64,000 nt of DNA from a plasmid. Each line of letters starts with the position of its first letter. Position 1 is the first letter of the stretch. A program made the position numbers and the translations under genes. The notes below the pieces were generated by a model. The model was not told the DNA's origin. It saw nothing but the letters and a program-made list of their open reading frames with translations, and made no database searches. Location: the sequence record NZ_CP137558.1; one strand, 5' to 3'. This document shows, one piece after another, positions 1 through 10,218 of this stretch.

Positions 1-807
1 ATGGAAAATAAGCTGAAAATGATCTTGGCTATCGTCAACAATAAAGGTGGCGTAGGCAAAACAACAACAGTGCAGAATCTTGCCACTGGCATGTTACGGA
101 AGGATAAGAATCTAAGAATCCTCGAGATAGACTTGGATCCTCAGTGTAACTTAACTCTTCTGAATCATGCGCCAGAAGATTGTGCCACTGTTTTTGATTC
201 GATGATAGCCTGCAAGGGGTTGCCCATCTATAAAAATGGGGTAGGGGTGTATTACGTTCCAGGTTCTGCCAAGATGCAGGATGTGGATCCTTTCCTGCAG
301 AACACGGGTGCACCACGCCAGGTATTGGGAGCTTGTCTCAACAGTGACTGCATGGATTTCACGGGCGAAGGCATCGGCAATCCTATCGACTATTTCGACT
401 ACATCTTCATCGACTGTCCGCCAGCCCTGTCACAATCTACCTATAATGCCATGGTGGTAGCAAGCCATCTGCTGGTTCCTGTACAGATGGAAGGACTTTC
501 TGTAAATGGTTTGGCGGCTGTGCTGGCAGCCATGGAGGAGGTGAAGAACGGCAGGTTTGCCCTGAACAAGGAACTGGAACTTCTGGGCCTGTTGCCTGTT
601 ATGCTCGACGAGCGTCCACGCATCGTGCGTTCGGCAATGGAATATCTTCGAGAGAATTATGGCGAGAAGGTATTGTCGCATGGAATCCGCCGTTGCGTCA
701 AGGTGAACGAGTCGCAGACTGAAATGACGGATCTCTTTCATTATGCGCCTTATTGCTCGGCAGCCATAGACTATGAATTGGTTATCAATGAATTGTTTAA
801 TATCTAG
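1..807 (+). CDS. ParA/Soj-family partition ATPase (TraA-like of Bacteroidales mobile elements)
   Basis: Deviant Walker A NNKGGVGKTT near N-terminus; complete 268-aa ORF starting at base 1; MinD/ParA-like fold motifs. Confidence 0.8.
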   Translation: MENKLKMILAIVNNKGGVGKTTTVQNLATGMLRKDKNLRILEIDLDPQCNLTLLNHAPEDCATVFDSMIACKGLPIYKNGVGVYYVPGSAKMQDVDPFLQNTGAPRQVLGACLNSDCMDFTGEGIGNPIDYFDYIFIDCPPALSQSTYNAMVVASHLLVPVQMEGLSVNGLAAVLAAMEEVKNGRFALNKELELLGLLPVMLDERPRIVRSAMEYLRENYGEKVLSHGIRRCVKVNESQTEMTDLFHYAPYCSAAIDYELVINELFNI

Positions 808-821
808 ATAAATTAGGAAAA

Positions 822-1130
822 ATGGGAAAGGATTTTCACGCAGCTTTCAGTAATATGAATAAAGCTGTTCGCCCAGGTGTTGGGCAATCTGCAGTTGGGC
901 AGCCAGGTATAACTCAGCCTGGCGTGGCACAGCCTGGCGTGGCACAGCCAGTAGGGGAGAAAGACATAAAGAAGGTAACTCAGGCAGAGAAGAGGAAATC
1001 GATGCATGGAGTTCAGACATACCTGTCGGACGAGGAGTATGAACAGCTTATGCTGGCGAAGGTTAGAACCAAGAAAAAATACGAGGATATCCTTCGGGAA
1101 GCATTGGTGCAGTATATGAATAATCTATAG
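822..1130 (+). CDS. small ParA-partner protein, probable ribbon-helix-helix/DUF3408-like DNA-binding protein
   Basis: Starts 14 bp after ParA stop; PGVAQP repeats then basic C-terminal segment resembling RHH/DUF3408 tails. Confidence 0.4.
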   Translation: MGKDFHAAFSNMNKAVRPGVGQSAVGQPGITQPGVAQPGVAQPVGEKDIKKVTQAEKRKSMHGVQTYLSDEEYEQLMLAKVRTKKKYEDILREALVQYMNNL

Positions 1131-1132
1131 TC

Positions 1133-1180
1133 TGTTTGCTTTCAAACATGTTTGCATGCAAACATGTTTGAAAGCAAACA
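1133..1180. repeat. perfect 48-bp palindrome tgtttgctttcaaacatgtttgca|tgcaaacatgtttgaaagcaaaca
   Basis: Read directly; exact reverse-complement symmetry; 3 bp after stop of 822..1130. Confidence 0.9.
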
Positions 1181-1255
1181 TCTTTTCGTTATCTCTTCAT
1201 CTTGGTAGGTTGTTAAGTATAACTTTTTCATTCATGATTTGTGCTTCCACCTTGC

Positions 1256-1310
1256 ATTTCCCCAATTTCTGGGGAATTATTCCCCACTTGTTCCCCAGTT
1301 TCCCCACTTC
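1256..1310. repeat. array of five direct TTCCCCA heptamers
   Basis: tttcccca..attcccca..gttcccca..tttcccca..; candidate protein-binding iteron/centromere-like site next to ParA cassette. Confidence 0.6.
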
Positions 1311-2387
1311 TGTTTGACGGGTATGGAAATGATAAGTGGCAGTAAATCAGTAGGATAACTTGGTTTGTCTGTTTCTGGCACGCAAGTTGCATAAATGGAT
1401 AGTGCGTTTGAATCAGATAAATTCGTTTCTCAACATAATGACAACGCATTTTGCAGTGCGTATATATAGAAATAGGTAAGAATAAAAAATAGTTTTCATC
1501 AGGTGAAAGTACGTATTTTTTATAAGTGATTGAGAATGAGACAAGTTTTTATCTCATAAAAAGAAGAGGTTACGAATTAGAAATAAACAGAATGTAGCAT
1601 CCTGCTGTGATTTGCATAACCATCCAAAGAACTCTTTCGGTTGCAAAGGTACGATATTTAATCGGGGATAAAGAATGTTTTAAGATTTTTTATCCTCGAT
1701 TTTTTGCTTGGATAAATCTGTTTTTATTAACCATACTCTTCTCTATTCTTTGCTATTTCCATTTCAATCCATTCAAATATATGTGGCAAGGGTTCCTGTT
1801 TTTTGAATGTTCTGTTTGCTTTGCATATTCTCATCCTTTCGCCGCTTCTTTCACGAGAAGAATATGCACAACGCCTATGCCGAGGCATCGGCCAGAAAGA
1901 CCCACTTTACAGGAAATGGTAGCCTGCTTACCGAGAAATATCTCAGAGAGTGGAACGATCCGCGCATGGGAATCAGAGCTGCACGGTATGTAAACTGGGA
2001 CAAGCAATCGCTGCTTTCGCTGAAACGCAACATCAGTCACATCAACCTGCTCATGGGCGAATGCTGTTCATCAATCTGAAAACCGGAGCACTCAGTACTA
2101 AGGTAGTTTTTTGCACTGAAAATTTCTTTTGAGATGACAAAAATATCTTTTGTTGGTAAGAGGCGACCTTAACCGCATATTTTTCACTAATCGCAGGCAT
2201 AAAAGTCACTTTTGTGTTTACCGAAACTAAAATTTAGACTTGTAAAAAGCAGTTAAATACAAATAATCTGCTGTGTATCAACAAGATAATCGCTATGATT
2301 ATAGATTAGCAATTTAGACCTTATTTCTGGTCGTATTTCTCGGAAAATTTGTATTTTTGCAGGCAAAAAACATAAAAGAATTAAGTC

Positions 2388-3974
2388 ATGAAAAATTTTT
2401 ATATTCACATCAGTTCATTGATTATTGTGGTTTTGGTGTTTATGTCGTCTTGCCAACACAAGCCTAATACCACGATAGCACAAGCATTGCTACTGGCAGG
2501 AGAACACCCGGATAGTGCCCTCGCACTCCTGAACAACATACAGTTCAGTAAACTGGGCAAGTCTGAACAGGCAAAGTACGCTGTTGTGTACACAATGGCA
2601 CAAGATAAGTCGGGGTTGGATGTGGACGAAGATTCGCTAATTCGCATTGGATACAACTGGTATGAAAAGCATCCAGAAGATTCCCTTTATGCAAAATGCC
2701 AATACTATATGGGCAAATACTATATGCTAAATGATAGCACGGAGTTTGCCATCCGTTGTCTAGATCGCTCATATAAAGCGTCAGAAAAGATAGACGACAT
2801 CCTTACGGAATGCCTTGCTTTGGAAAAACTTTCTAAAGTAGAGAAGATGACGGATGCCAAACAAGCTTTGCTTCATGCAAGAATGGCTATTGACAAATAT
2901 GAAAGAGATACGACGGCATCACTTGCCAATAAGATTTACTTCAGGTTGAACTTATGTGAGGCACTTGAGTTTGCTGATAGCTCTGCTATAGCCCTGAAAG
3001 AATGTAAAATAGCTTTGAATTTGGCTAAAGAATTGGGAGACTCCCTGGTTTTAGCTGATGTCTATCAAGATATGTCGCGGTTATTTCATGATGTAGGAAT
3101 GTACCGAAAGGCACTTACTTGTGCAAAGGAAGCCTATTTATATAGGAAATCGATGTTTGATACTTCGAACGCCCTTGCCCTAGCAGATGCATATTGTGAT
3201 GTTGATTCAACGCTACAGGCAAAAGATATTCTTGCAAAGGTCAGTAAAGATTCTCATGCTAGCCGACACCTTATTTATTATATCAGATGTAAGGCGGCAA
3301 TAAGAGAAGGACAAATACAACCGGCTATTGTTTGCCTTGACTCGTCAAACTACTATTTAGACAAAATGTACTGTACAACCATGCAAGTCAAAAATGACTA
3401 TTATGTCTCTGTTCTGCAAAAAGAAAAGGAAGAAGCAAGATTGCAAGGTGAGATTACATCGCAAAAAGCGGCAACAGTATTGACGGTTGTACTGGCACTA
3501 ATTGTTATCATTTTTGTACTCTACATATATAATACCAATAAGAAGCAAGCAAAACAAAAGGCTACAATGGCAGAACAGCTCCATGCGCAAGAACTCTCTC
3601 ACCGAGATATTCAAATTTGCACTATGAGGAATTTTCTTCTAAAGAAAATTGATATAATGGAAAAGATCGAGTCCATGAGAAACGAGACAGAGAAACATAT
3701 ACTCATATCAGAAGATGATTGGAATGAAATAGAAGTGTTTTTAGATAGTGTCGAGAATCTCTTTGTGTCAAGATTAAGAGCGCAGTTCTCGGGATTGACG
3801 AAGAAAGACCTACGACTGATGATGCTGCTCCGTCTTAAAATGCCACAGAAGGCACTTGCACTAATCTATGGTATCAGCGAGAAAGCAATTAAGCAGAAAC
3901 TATTTCTCTACAAGGCAAAAGTAGGCATAGAAAAAGAACAAAAATCTCTACGAGAATTCATGGAAAACTACTAA
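2388..3974 (+). CDS. lipoprotein-type TPR-repeat one-component regulator with TM helix and C-terminal LuxR-family HTH
   Basis: Signal/lipobox MSSCQ; TPR-like repeats; TM segment VLTVVLALIVIIFVLYIY; C-terminal KKDLRLMMLLRLKMPQKALALIYGISEKAIKQ HTH; Bacteroides -7 box tatttttg upstream. Confidence 0.75.
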   Translation: MKNFYIHISSLIIVVLVFMSSCQHKPNTTIAQALLLAGEHPDSALALLNNIQFSKLGKSEQAKYAVVYTMAQDKSGLDVDEDSLIRIGYNWYEKHPEDSLYAKCQYYMGKYYMLNDSTEFAIRCLDRSYKASEKIDDILTECLALEKLSKVEKMTDAKQALLHARMAIDKYERDTTASLANKIYFRLNLCEALEFADSSAIALKECKIALNLAKELGDSLVLADVYQDMSRLFHDVGMYRKALTCAKEAYLYRKSMFDTSNALALADAYCDVDSTLQAKDILAKVSKDSHASRHLIYYIRCKAAIREGQIQPAIVCLDSSNYYLDKMYCTTMQVKNDYYVSVLQKEKEEARLQGEITSQKAATVLTVVLALIVIIFVLYIYNTNKKQAKQKATMAEQLHAQELSHRDIQICTMRNFLLKKIDIMEKIESMRNETEKHILISEDDWNEIEVFLDSVENLFVSRLRAQFSGLTKKDLRLMMLLRLKMPQKALALIYGISEKAIKQKLFLYKAKVGIEKEQKSLREFMENY

Positions 3975-4153
3975 AATCAGTAGCAAAACTTCAAATTTAG
4001 ACCTCCATTTTTCTGGGGGGGGTGGTATGTAATACATTGATTATCAGTACATAATAAAAATGTTGCAAAATTAAAGAATTAGACCCAACTTCTTTGCTGA
4101 GTGTTTGGAATTGACGTAACTTTGCACCGAAATTAACAACAAACGAAATCAGT

Positions 4154-4513
4154 ATGAAGAAAATTATCATTTTTACATTATTGTTGTTACTAACAACATT
4201 GCCCTCTACAGCAAAGGGTATAAAGACCCATATGGATGGGATGCGGCAACATGGTGGTGCACGCAGTGCTATTCCTTCAGTAATGGTTGACCAAGAGTCT
4301 GCATATGTTACTGTAGAAATAAGTCGTTATTCTGGAGAGTACGCAATTTACATCTCTGATGAGTATGGAGTTCCTTTATCAAATACAAATGGTATTGTAG
4401 AAGGACGCACATATAGTATTCTTGAAACAGAAGATTTGCCCACAGGCAATTATACTATCATGATTGTTTTGGGCAATTTGGTTTATAAAGGTAAATTCCA
4501 TATTACGCATTGA
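4154..4513 (+). CDS. small secreted protein (DUF3244-like beta-sandwich), upstream of C10 peptidase
   Basis: Signal peptide MKKIIIFTLLLLLTTLPSTAKG; ~120 aa family commonly adjacent to C10 peptidases in Bacteroidales (from memory). Confidence 0.45.
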   Translation: MKKIIIFTLLLLLTTLPSTAKGIKTHMDGMRQHGGARSAIPSVMVDQESAYVTVEISRYSGEYAIYISDEYGVPLSNTNGIVEGRTYSILETEDLPTGNYTIMIVLGNLVYKGKFHITH

Positions 4514-4540
4514 TAAGGAGTTATATAGCTATATACTATT

Positions 4541-5935
4541 TTGAATATTAATTTTAAAACAACAATGACAATGAAAAAAATTTTTATCGTTGCTCTTTGT
4601 GTGGCTGGAATGATGAGTTCTTGCTCTGATATTGACGACAACATCGCCAACGATGCCAAAAGTTCCATTCTCCTCACACAACAAGAGTATGCAAGTATTG
4701 TACCAGATTCTCAACTAGAGATGACGCAAGATGAGATTGTTGATATGGTAAGCAAATTCTCTACAACAGGCAATTCCACTAGAGCTATCGCTGCCAATCC
4801 GACAATTGTGAAGAAGTTTTCCCTCTCCTCTTATAGTAACGGAAAACAGATTCCTCTCTATGAGGTAAGTCTAAACGAAGGTGACGATGCTGGTTATGCT
4901 ATCGTTTCTGGAGACGAAAGAGTCCCTGGAGTCATAGCATATGTTGAGCATGGCTCTCTCAATGACACCCTCACCAACAAAGGTGCAGCTATGATGCTCA
5001 AAGAAGCTCAGCGTTCGCTGATAAGTAAAGTGAAGGCTGTAGACGTTGTTATAGATTCTTTGCGAGCAAGTGCTAAAGCTAAAATATCTGCAAAGATTGG
5101 AACCAGTAGTTTTACTTTTGAGGGGGTAAAAGACCGTATCGAAGTTCAAAAGGGTATTACTCGATCGGTTGCTACGTCCGATCCTCAGGGCACATTGTTA
5201 AAGCAAGTGACACCACTTATCACCACAAAGTGGAATCAGTGTGCGCCATACAACAATCTTATGGACGAGACAACAGCATCCGAAATGCAAAATTGGCCAT
5301 ATTATGGGAAAAACGCTGTAGGATGTACCGCTGTTGCTATTGCTCAGATAGTTGCATTTTACGAATGTTTATCTACTGTCAATGGTGTTTCGCTTAATTG
5401 GAGTGCACTGAAGGCATCCTCGCAAATTAGTAATTATGGAAATGAATCTTTAAAAACACAGATTTCAAATTTATTTTACCATGTTGCTCACGGAATTCAA
5501 ACAACATGGAATAATGGAGTGGGTGGTGCAAAAATAAGCAATGCCTCAAGCTACCTTAGCGGACTTGGCATCACTTTTGATTCCGGAAGAAAGTGGGCTG
5601 GATATTCTATGGATGCGGGACGAATTATAGAATCGCTTGACAAATTGTATCCCGTAATTATTACAGGAGCATATGAAGCGGGCACAAGAAGTTCTAGTGT
5701 CGGAGGAAGACATTGCTGGATTCTTGACGGTTATCAAATCCGCAGAAGAACAACGACCACCCGTATCATTGTAAAGCAAAACGACACATACATCCATGCG
5801 AATTTTGGATGGAGCGGCAGCGAGGATGGGTACTATATGGTGGATAGAAACACCACCAATCTGGATTTTGAAACTTCGTTCAACGGACATTACAACCAGG
5901 ATTTGAAACTCTATCCTAATGTAAGAAAGAAATAA
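4541..5935 (+). CDS. C10-family (streptopain/SpeB-like) cysteine peptidase lipoprotein
   Basis: Lipoprotein signal MKKIFIVALCVAGMMSSCSD (probable start 4565/4571); TTKWNQCAPYNN motif and catalytic Cys context GCTAVAIAQIVAFYE typical of C10. Confidence 0.7.
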   Translation: MNINFKTTMTMKKIFIVALCVAGMMSSCSDIDDNIANDAKSSILLTQQEYASIVPDSQLEMTQDEIVDMVSKFSTTGNSTRAIAANPTIVKKFSLSSYSNGKQIPLYEVSLNEGDDAGYAIVSGDERVPGVIAYVEHGSLNDTLTNKGAAMMLKEAQRSLISKVKAVDVVIDSLRASAKAKISAKIGTSSFTFEGVKDRIEVQKGITRSVATSDPQGTLLKQVTPLITTKWNQCAPYNNLMDETTASEMQNWPYYGKNAVGCTAVAIAQIVAFYECLSTVNGVSLNWSALKASSQISNYGNESLKTQISNLFYHVAHGIQTTWNNGVGGAKISNASSYLSGLGITFDSGRKWAGYSMDAGRIIESLDKLYPVIITGAYEAGTRSSSVGGRHCWILDGYQIRRRTTTTRIIVKQNDTYIHANFGWSGSEDGYYMVDRNTTNLDFETSFNGHYNQDLKLYPNVRKK

Positions 5936-5997
5936 AACAACCAGCTAAGAGGGTGCGTTATACAAGACGCTCCCTCTTTATCATATATTATAAAATT

Positions 5998-6447
5998 ATG
6001 AAAATATATAGTATATTAGGTGTTATCTTAGTTGCGTTATGCTTCTTTGCATGTAAGAGCAATAAAGAAAATGAGTATCAGCCTCTGACTATAGAAAATT
6101 ATGCAGAGGTATCCTTGGGTGATACGACAAACCTCATAATAACTGGCGGAAGCGGAAACTTTGTTGTTGAAGGTAACGACAAAGTGGACATTTCTACAGC
6201 TCAGAATGACAAACAGAAAATCACTCTTATCGGCAAGGAAATAGGTACTACTCACATCTTCGTACGAGATAGAATCACGAACGAGTCATGTAGCATTGAG
6301 GTAAATGTGATTCTCCCATTTCTTACGTTGAACTTTGAAGAGGAGGAAGGAAACCACCTCAATATAAGGTCAAATAGCTTATTCGTATTGGTTGCAAGTG
6401 AGGATAGCATATGTTACGCTTTTAGTTTTGTTAACATAAAGCTCTAA
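5998..6447 (+). CDS. small lipoprotein, putative staphostatin-like C10 peptidase inhibitor
   Basis: Lipoprotein signal MKIYSILGVILVALCFFACKSN; ~150 aa beta-rich; immediately downstream of C10 peptidase as in B. fragilis bfp/bfi pairs (established knowledge). Confidence 0.4.
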   Translation: MKIYSILGVILVALCFFACKSNKENEYQPLTIENYAEVSLGDTTNLIITGGSGNFVVEGNDKVDISTAQNDKQKITLIGKEIGTTHIFVRDRITNESCSIEVNVILPFLTLNFEEEEGNHLNIRSNSLFVLVASEDSICYAFSFVNIKL

Positions 6448-6504
6448 AGCAGTCAAAGGAGAATAAGAGAGGTTGGAACGTAAACAGTTGGGAATGAGTA
6501 GATT

Positions 6505-6629
6505 TGCACAAAGTTGCCAAATCGGCATAAAGCAAGCGAGTGAGGAATATTGAAGTAGTTCAGTTACTAAATCGTGAGCCACAGTTACCTATGCAAAGCA
6601 GGTAACAATGCGGAAAGGCAACTTTGTGC
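6505..6629. repeat. 14-bp inverted repeat pair tgcacaaagttgcc / ggcaactttgtgca enclosing a gttacct..aggtaac hairpin, upstream of integrase
   Basis: Read directly; candidate element end/att region. Confidence 0.4.
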
Positions 6630-6722
6630 ATCAACGGATTTTATTGCGCTGATTCTCAATGTTTTGCGTATCAAGGAACGCTTACAAAATGATTATATTT
6701 GCACACTCAAAATGTAAGCGTT

Positions 6723-7955
6723 ATGAAAATCGAAAAATTCAAGGTGTTGCTCTACCTAAAAAAGAGCGGATTGGACAAGTATGGAAAAGCTCCCATCATG
6801 GGACGCATCACGGTGAACAGGACTATGGCGCAGTTCTCCTGCAAGCTGTCTTGCACTCCATCGCTTTGGAATCCTCGTGCCAGCCGATTGGAGGGCAAGA
6901 GCAAGGAAGCCGTGGAGACCAACAAGGACATCGAGCAGTTGTTGCTTTCCATCCAAAAGGCTTTCGATGTGCTTGTGGAAAAGAGAACGGACTTCGAGGC
7001 TAAGGATGTCAAGGAGGCCTTGCAGGGCAGCGTCAAGACACAGACCACCCTTCTCTCCTTCGTGGACGAGCATATCAGTGAACTCAGCACACATGAGGGC
7101 ATCGATATGTCGAAGAGCAGTGTCTGGACTTACAGAAAGATTCGCAAGAATCTCGCTGAGTTCATCGGGGAGAAGTATAGGTTGACTGATTTGGCTTTCG
7201 GACAGCTGACCGAGCCTTTCATCAGTGACTTTCACCATTACCTGCTTGACGAGAAAGGCTTTTCATCAGGAACCATCACCATCTATGTGTCGCTCTTCAA
7301 GAAGATGTGCCGCATTGCCTTTGAGCGAGGCTTGTGCAAGAACCTGCTGTTTGCCCATTATCGGGTTGGCACTCCAAGGGTTACGACACCCAAGGCTCTC
7401 AGCATGTCTGATTTCATAAAAATCCGTGATGTGGAACTGCCCGAAGATAAGCCGAGACTATCCGTTAGCCGTGACATGTTTCTTTTCGCCTGCCATGCAG
7501 GAACAGCCTTCATAGACACCGTTTCCATCACGAAAGCCAATGTCAAGGTGTTGGAGGATGGTGACAAATGGCTCGTCTATAACCGCAAGAAGACCGGAAC
7601 ACTTGCCAGGGTGAAACTCCTGCCCGAGGCGTTGGAGCTGATGGCGAAATACGAGGACGAGGCAAGAGATACCCTTTTCCCATTGCTGAGCCCGAATCGT
7701 GTTCGTATCGATCTCATCACCATCTGCAAGTTGGCGGAAACGAGCAAGACCTATTCCTACCATTCGGGACGACACTCGTTCGCCAGCCTCATTACGCTGG
7801 AGGCTGGTGTGCCGATGGAGACCATCTGCAAGATGCTCGGTCACAAGGATGTGAAGATGACGCAGCGGTATGCGAGAGTGACCCAAAAGAAGCTGTTTGA
7901 GGACATGGACAAGTTCATCGCTGCAACCGAGAAGGACTTCTTTCTCGCATTATGA
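6723..7955 (+). CDS. tyrosine site-specific integrase (Bacteroides CTn/NBU-type with N-terminal arm-binding domain)
   Basis: N-terminal KFKVLLYLKKS..GKAPIMGRITVNRT..FSCKLSC..W; C-terminal HSGRHSFASL..LGH..RY catalytic signature. Confidence 0.9.
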   Translation: MKIEKFKVLLYLKKSGLDKYGKAPIMGRITVNRTMAQFSCKLSCTPSLWNPRASRLEGKSKEAVETNKDIEQLLLSIQKAFDVLVEKRTDFEAKDVKEALQGSVKTQTTLLSFVDEHISELSTHEGIDMSKSSVWTYRKIRKNLAEFIGEKYRLTDLAFGQLTEPFISDFHHYLLDEKGFSSGTITIYVSLFKKMCRIAFERGLCKNLLFAHYRVGTPRVTTPKALSMSDFIKIRDVELPEDKPRLSVSRDMFLFACHAGTAFIDTVSITKANVKVLEDGDKWLVYNRKKTGTLARVKLLPEALELMAKYEDEARDTLFPLLSPNRVRIDLITICKLAETSKTYSYHSGRHSFASLITLEAGVPMETICKMLGHKDVKMTQRYARVTQKKLFEDMDKFIAATEKDFFLAL

Positions 7956-8018
7956 CCAAGGCTTTCAACTTTTCTTTTTACAGTTCAACTACATTATTAT
8001 ATTATAAGGACAACAACT

Positions 8019-9230
8019 ATGAGCAGAAGTACATTTTCAATTTTGCCTTACATCAACAGACAGAAGGTGAAGGCAGACGGAACAGCCAATATACTTTGCC
8101 GCATCACCGTTGACGGCAAAAGTGCAGCCATTTCCACAGGCATATCCTGTACACCACAGGAGTGGAACGCCAAGAAGGGAGAGGTACGGAACGCAAGGGA
8201 CAACGGACGATTGGCAAGTTTCCTTGCTGAGGTCAAGGATAAATACAACTCACTTCTTACCACCAATGGCATCATCACCGTGGAAATGCTGAAGGCTGTG
8301 TTGAAGGACAAGGACACGACAGGAAGGTTCTTGCTGAACTTTGGTGATACCATCGTGGAATGGTATCGAACCTCAAAAGCCAGACAAACCTTTCTGCACA
8401 AGCGGACATGGCAGAAGAACCTGAGAGCCTTTGTCCATTCGTTGGATAAGGACGACATCGCCTTTGAGGACATAGACGAGAATTTCGGGGAGGAATACAA
8501 GCTATTCCTGAAACGAGACCAGGGACGCATCGACAGCTACGTGAACCATTGCCTTCTCTGGCTGAACATGTTGATGTACAAGGCAGTGGACAGGAGCATT
8601 ATCCGCTTCAATCCCATAGCCAGGATAGGGTATGAGAAGAAGGCAGCCCCGAAGATGACCCATATCAGCAAGGCAGACTTTATCAAGATGCTCTCTACCC
8701 CGATGGCTGACGAGCGAACGGAGCTTGCACGCAGATGTTTCATTTTTGCCTCGCTCACCTCCTTATCCTATATAGATGTAAAGAAACTGTACCCTCACCA
8801 TATCAGTGAGAACTCCGAGGGTAGGAAGTTCATCCGCAAGGAAAGAGAGAAGACAGGCGTGGAGTTCTTCGTGCCGCTCCATCCGATAGCCGAGAAGATT
8901 CTTTCGCTCTACAATACCACGGACGACAGCAAGCCTGTTTTTCCACTGGGTGAGAAGAAAGACATCTATCTTGATGTGCATACCCTTGGAATGGTGCTTG
9001 GCATAAGTAATAAGTTGGGATTCCACGCCAGCCGCCATACATTCGGAGTCTTGATGCTCAACGAGGACATTCCCATCGGCAGCATAGCCAAGATGATGGG
9101 ACATGCAGACATCACAAGCACACAGGTCTATGCGCAGGTGACGGAGCAGAAGATTTCAAATGACATGGATAAGCTTATTGCCAAGCGAGAAAGGAACAGA
9201 TTATCGAACGAAAAAACTATTGGAAAATGA
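8019..9230 (+). CDS. second tandem tyrosine site-specific integrase
   Basis: ILPYINRQKVKADGTANILCRITVDGK..ISC..W; HASRHTFGVL..MGHADI..QVYAQV. Confidence 0.9.
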   Translation: MSRSTFSILPYINRQKVKADGTANILCRITVDGKSAAISTGISCTPQEWNAKKGEVRNARDNGRLASFLAEVKDKYNSLLTTNGIITVEMLKAVLKDKDTTGRFLLNFGDTIVEWYRTSKARQTFLHKRTWQKNLRAFVHSLDKDDIAFEDIDENFGEEYKLFLKRDQGRIDSYVNHCLLWLNMLMYKAVDRSIIRFNPIARIGYEKKAAPKMTHISKADFIKMLSTPMADERTELARRCFIFASLTSLSYIDVKKLYPHHISENSEGRKFIRKEREKTGVEFFVPLHPIAEKILSLYNTTDDSKPVFPLGEKKDIYLDVHTLGMVLGISNKLGFHASRHTFGVLMLNEDIPIGSIAKMMGHADITSTQVYAQVTEQKISNDMDKLIAKRERNRLSNEKTIGK

Positions 9231-9589
9231 ACAGAGGAGTTATAACTATCAGCGAGAGCGGAACGGTATCCATGCCGACCGATACTGTATGGATGACCAT
9301 GCAGGAGATTGCCGACATGTATAATGTATTCGGCTGCTATGTGCGCAAGGCTGTCAAGGCTATATTCAAGGACGGCATTCTGAAAGAGCAGGGTGTGCGT
9401 CGTCATGTCAGGAAGAACGACCGCATCAGCTATGATGTGTATAGCCTTGAACTCGTCATTGCGGTAGCCTTCCGTATTGACAGCATTGAGAGCCGAGCCT
9501 TTCGGGAGTTCATCATGCAGTCCGTCATCGGCAGACAGACAAGCCGCACTAAACTGGTCTGTATCTTTACAGAGAATGCAATGGCATAG
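9227..9589 (+). CDS. RhuM-family (virulence protein RhuM-like) N-terminal fragment
   Basis: VWMTMQEIADMYNV..IFKDGILKE..YDVYSLELVIAVAFRIDS..RAFREF matches RhuM N-domain; only 120 aa versus ~330 aa full length; start overlaps integrase stop. Confidence 0.55.
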   Translation: MNRGVITISESGTVSMPTDTVWMTMQEIADMYNVFGCYVRKAVKAIFKDGILKEQGVRRHVRKNDRISYDVYSLELVIAVAFRIDSIESRAFREFIMQSVIGRQTSRTKLVCIFTENAMA

Positions 9590-9827
9590 ACCTGCCATAA
9601 AGCAACGTTCCTTGGAGGCTTTGCGCCTCCAGCCACTTGGGCGAGCCACCGCAGTGTGTTTTAGCATGGTATTAGATTTATACAGGTAACACAAATGATA
9701 CCCGGCAAACACGACCAACTCGGTATAGCCAATAAAACGAGGCGACAACCTATAACTGCCACACTCGGTAAGTTATACGTTGTCGCCTTGTTCATTTCAC
9801 CCCACTCATCAAGGACATGTATTTCTC

Positions 9828-10136
9828 CTACAAGCCCTTCATTCTGTACGCCTCACGATAGTTAGCCATCAGAATCTTCTGAATGTCGGACTCGCGGTAG
9901 AGTATCTTTCCGCCAAGCTGGATATACGGGATGACACCGTTGTTTCGGTAGTCCTGCAGGGTTCTTCGGCTCAGTTGCAGCCTGGCACAAAGCTCCTTGT
10001 CCGTCATGAAGCGCTCACCGTCAAGCATGGGGCGGTAGTTCATCACGGCACGTTCAAAATTGTCAACCATTTGGTTGAGGTGGTTCACGATGTGGTTCAT
10101 CCACTCGCTGTTTCTTGTCATTATTTCATTGCTCAT
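9828..10136 (-). CDS. excisionase-family helix-turn-helix DNA-binding protein (Xis-like)
   Basis: FMTDKELCARLQLSRRTLQDYRNNGVIPYIQLGGKILYRESD HTH_17-like. Confidence 0.7.
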   Translation of the reverse strand: MSNEIMTRNSEWMNHIVNHLNQMVDNFERAVMNYRPMLDGERFMTDKELCARLQLSRRTLQDYRNNGVIPYIQLGGKILYRESDIQKILMANYREAYRMKGL

Positions 10137-10218
10137 AGTTGTCTCGTTTTATTGTTGATACTTACGTTACTCGGTTTACTTGCTGCATTGGATAAAGTGG
10201 CTGTTGTATATTGACAGC

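Noticed and set aside
1607..2132. Overlapping small ORFs (128, 90, 69, 60 aa) in the gap between the ParA cassette and the LuxR gene
   Set aside because: Mutually overlapping in different frames, odd amino-acid composition, no start context or motifs; region reads as intergenic
6480..6700. tRNA gene as integration target next to integrase
   Set aside because: No GGTTCGAATCC-type T-arm or cloverleaf recognisable by eye; only an inverted repeat pair
6752..7886. Antisense ORFs inside the first integrase (116, 160, 142 aa)
   Set aside because: Fully embedded opposite a strongly supported integrase; GC-rich antisense frames commonly stay open
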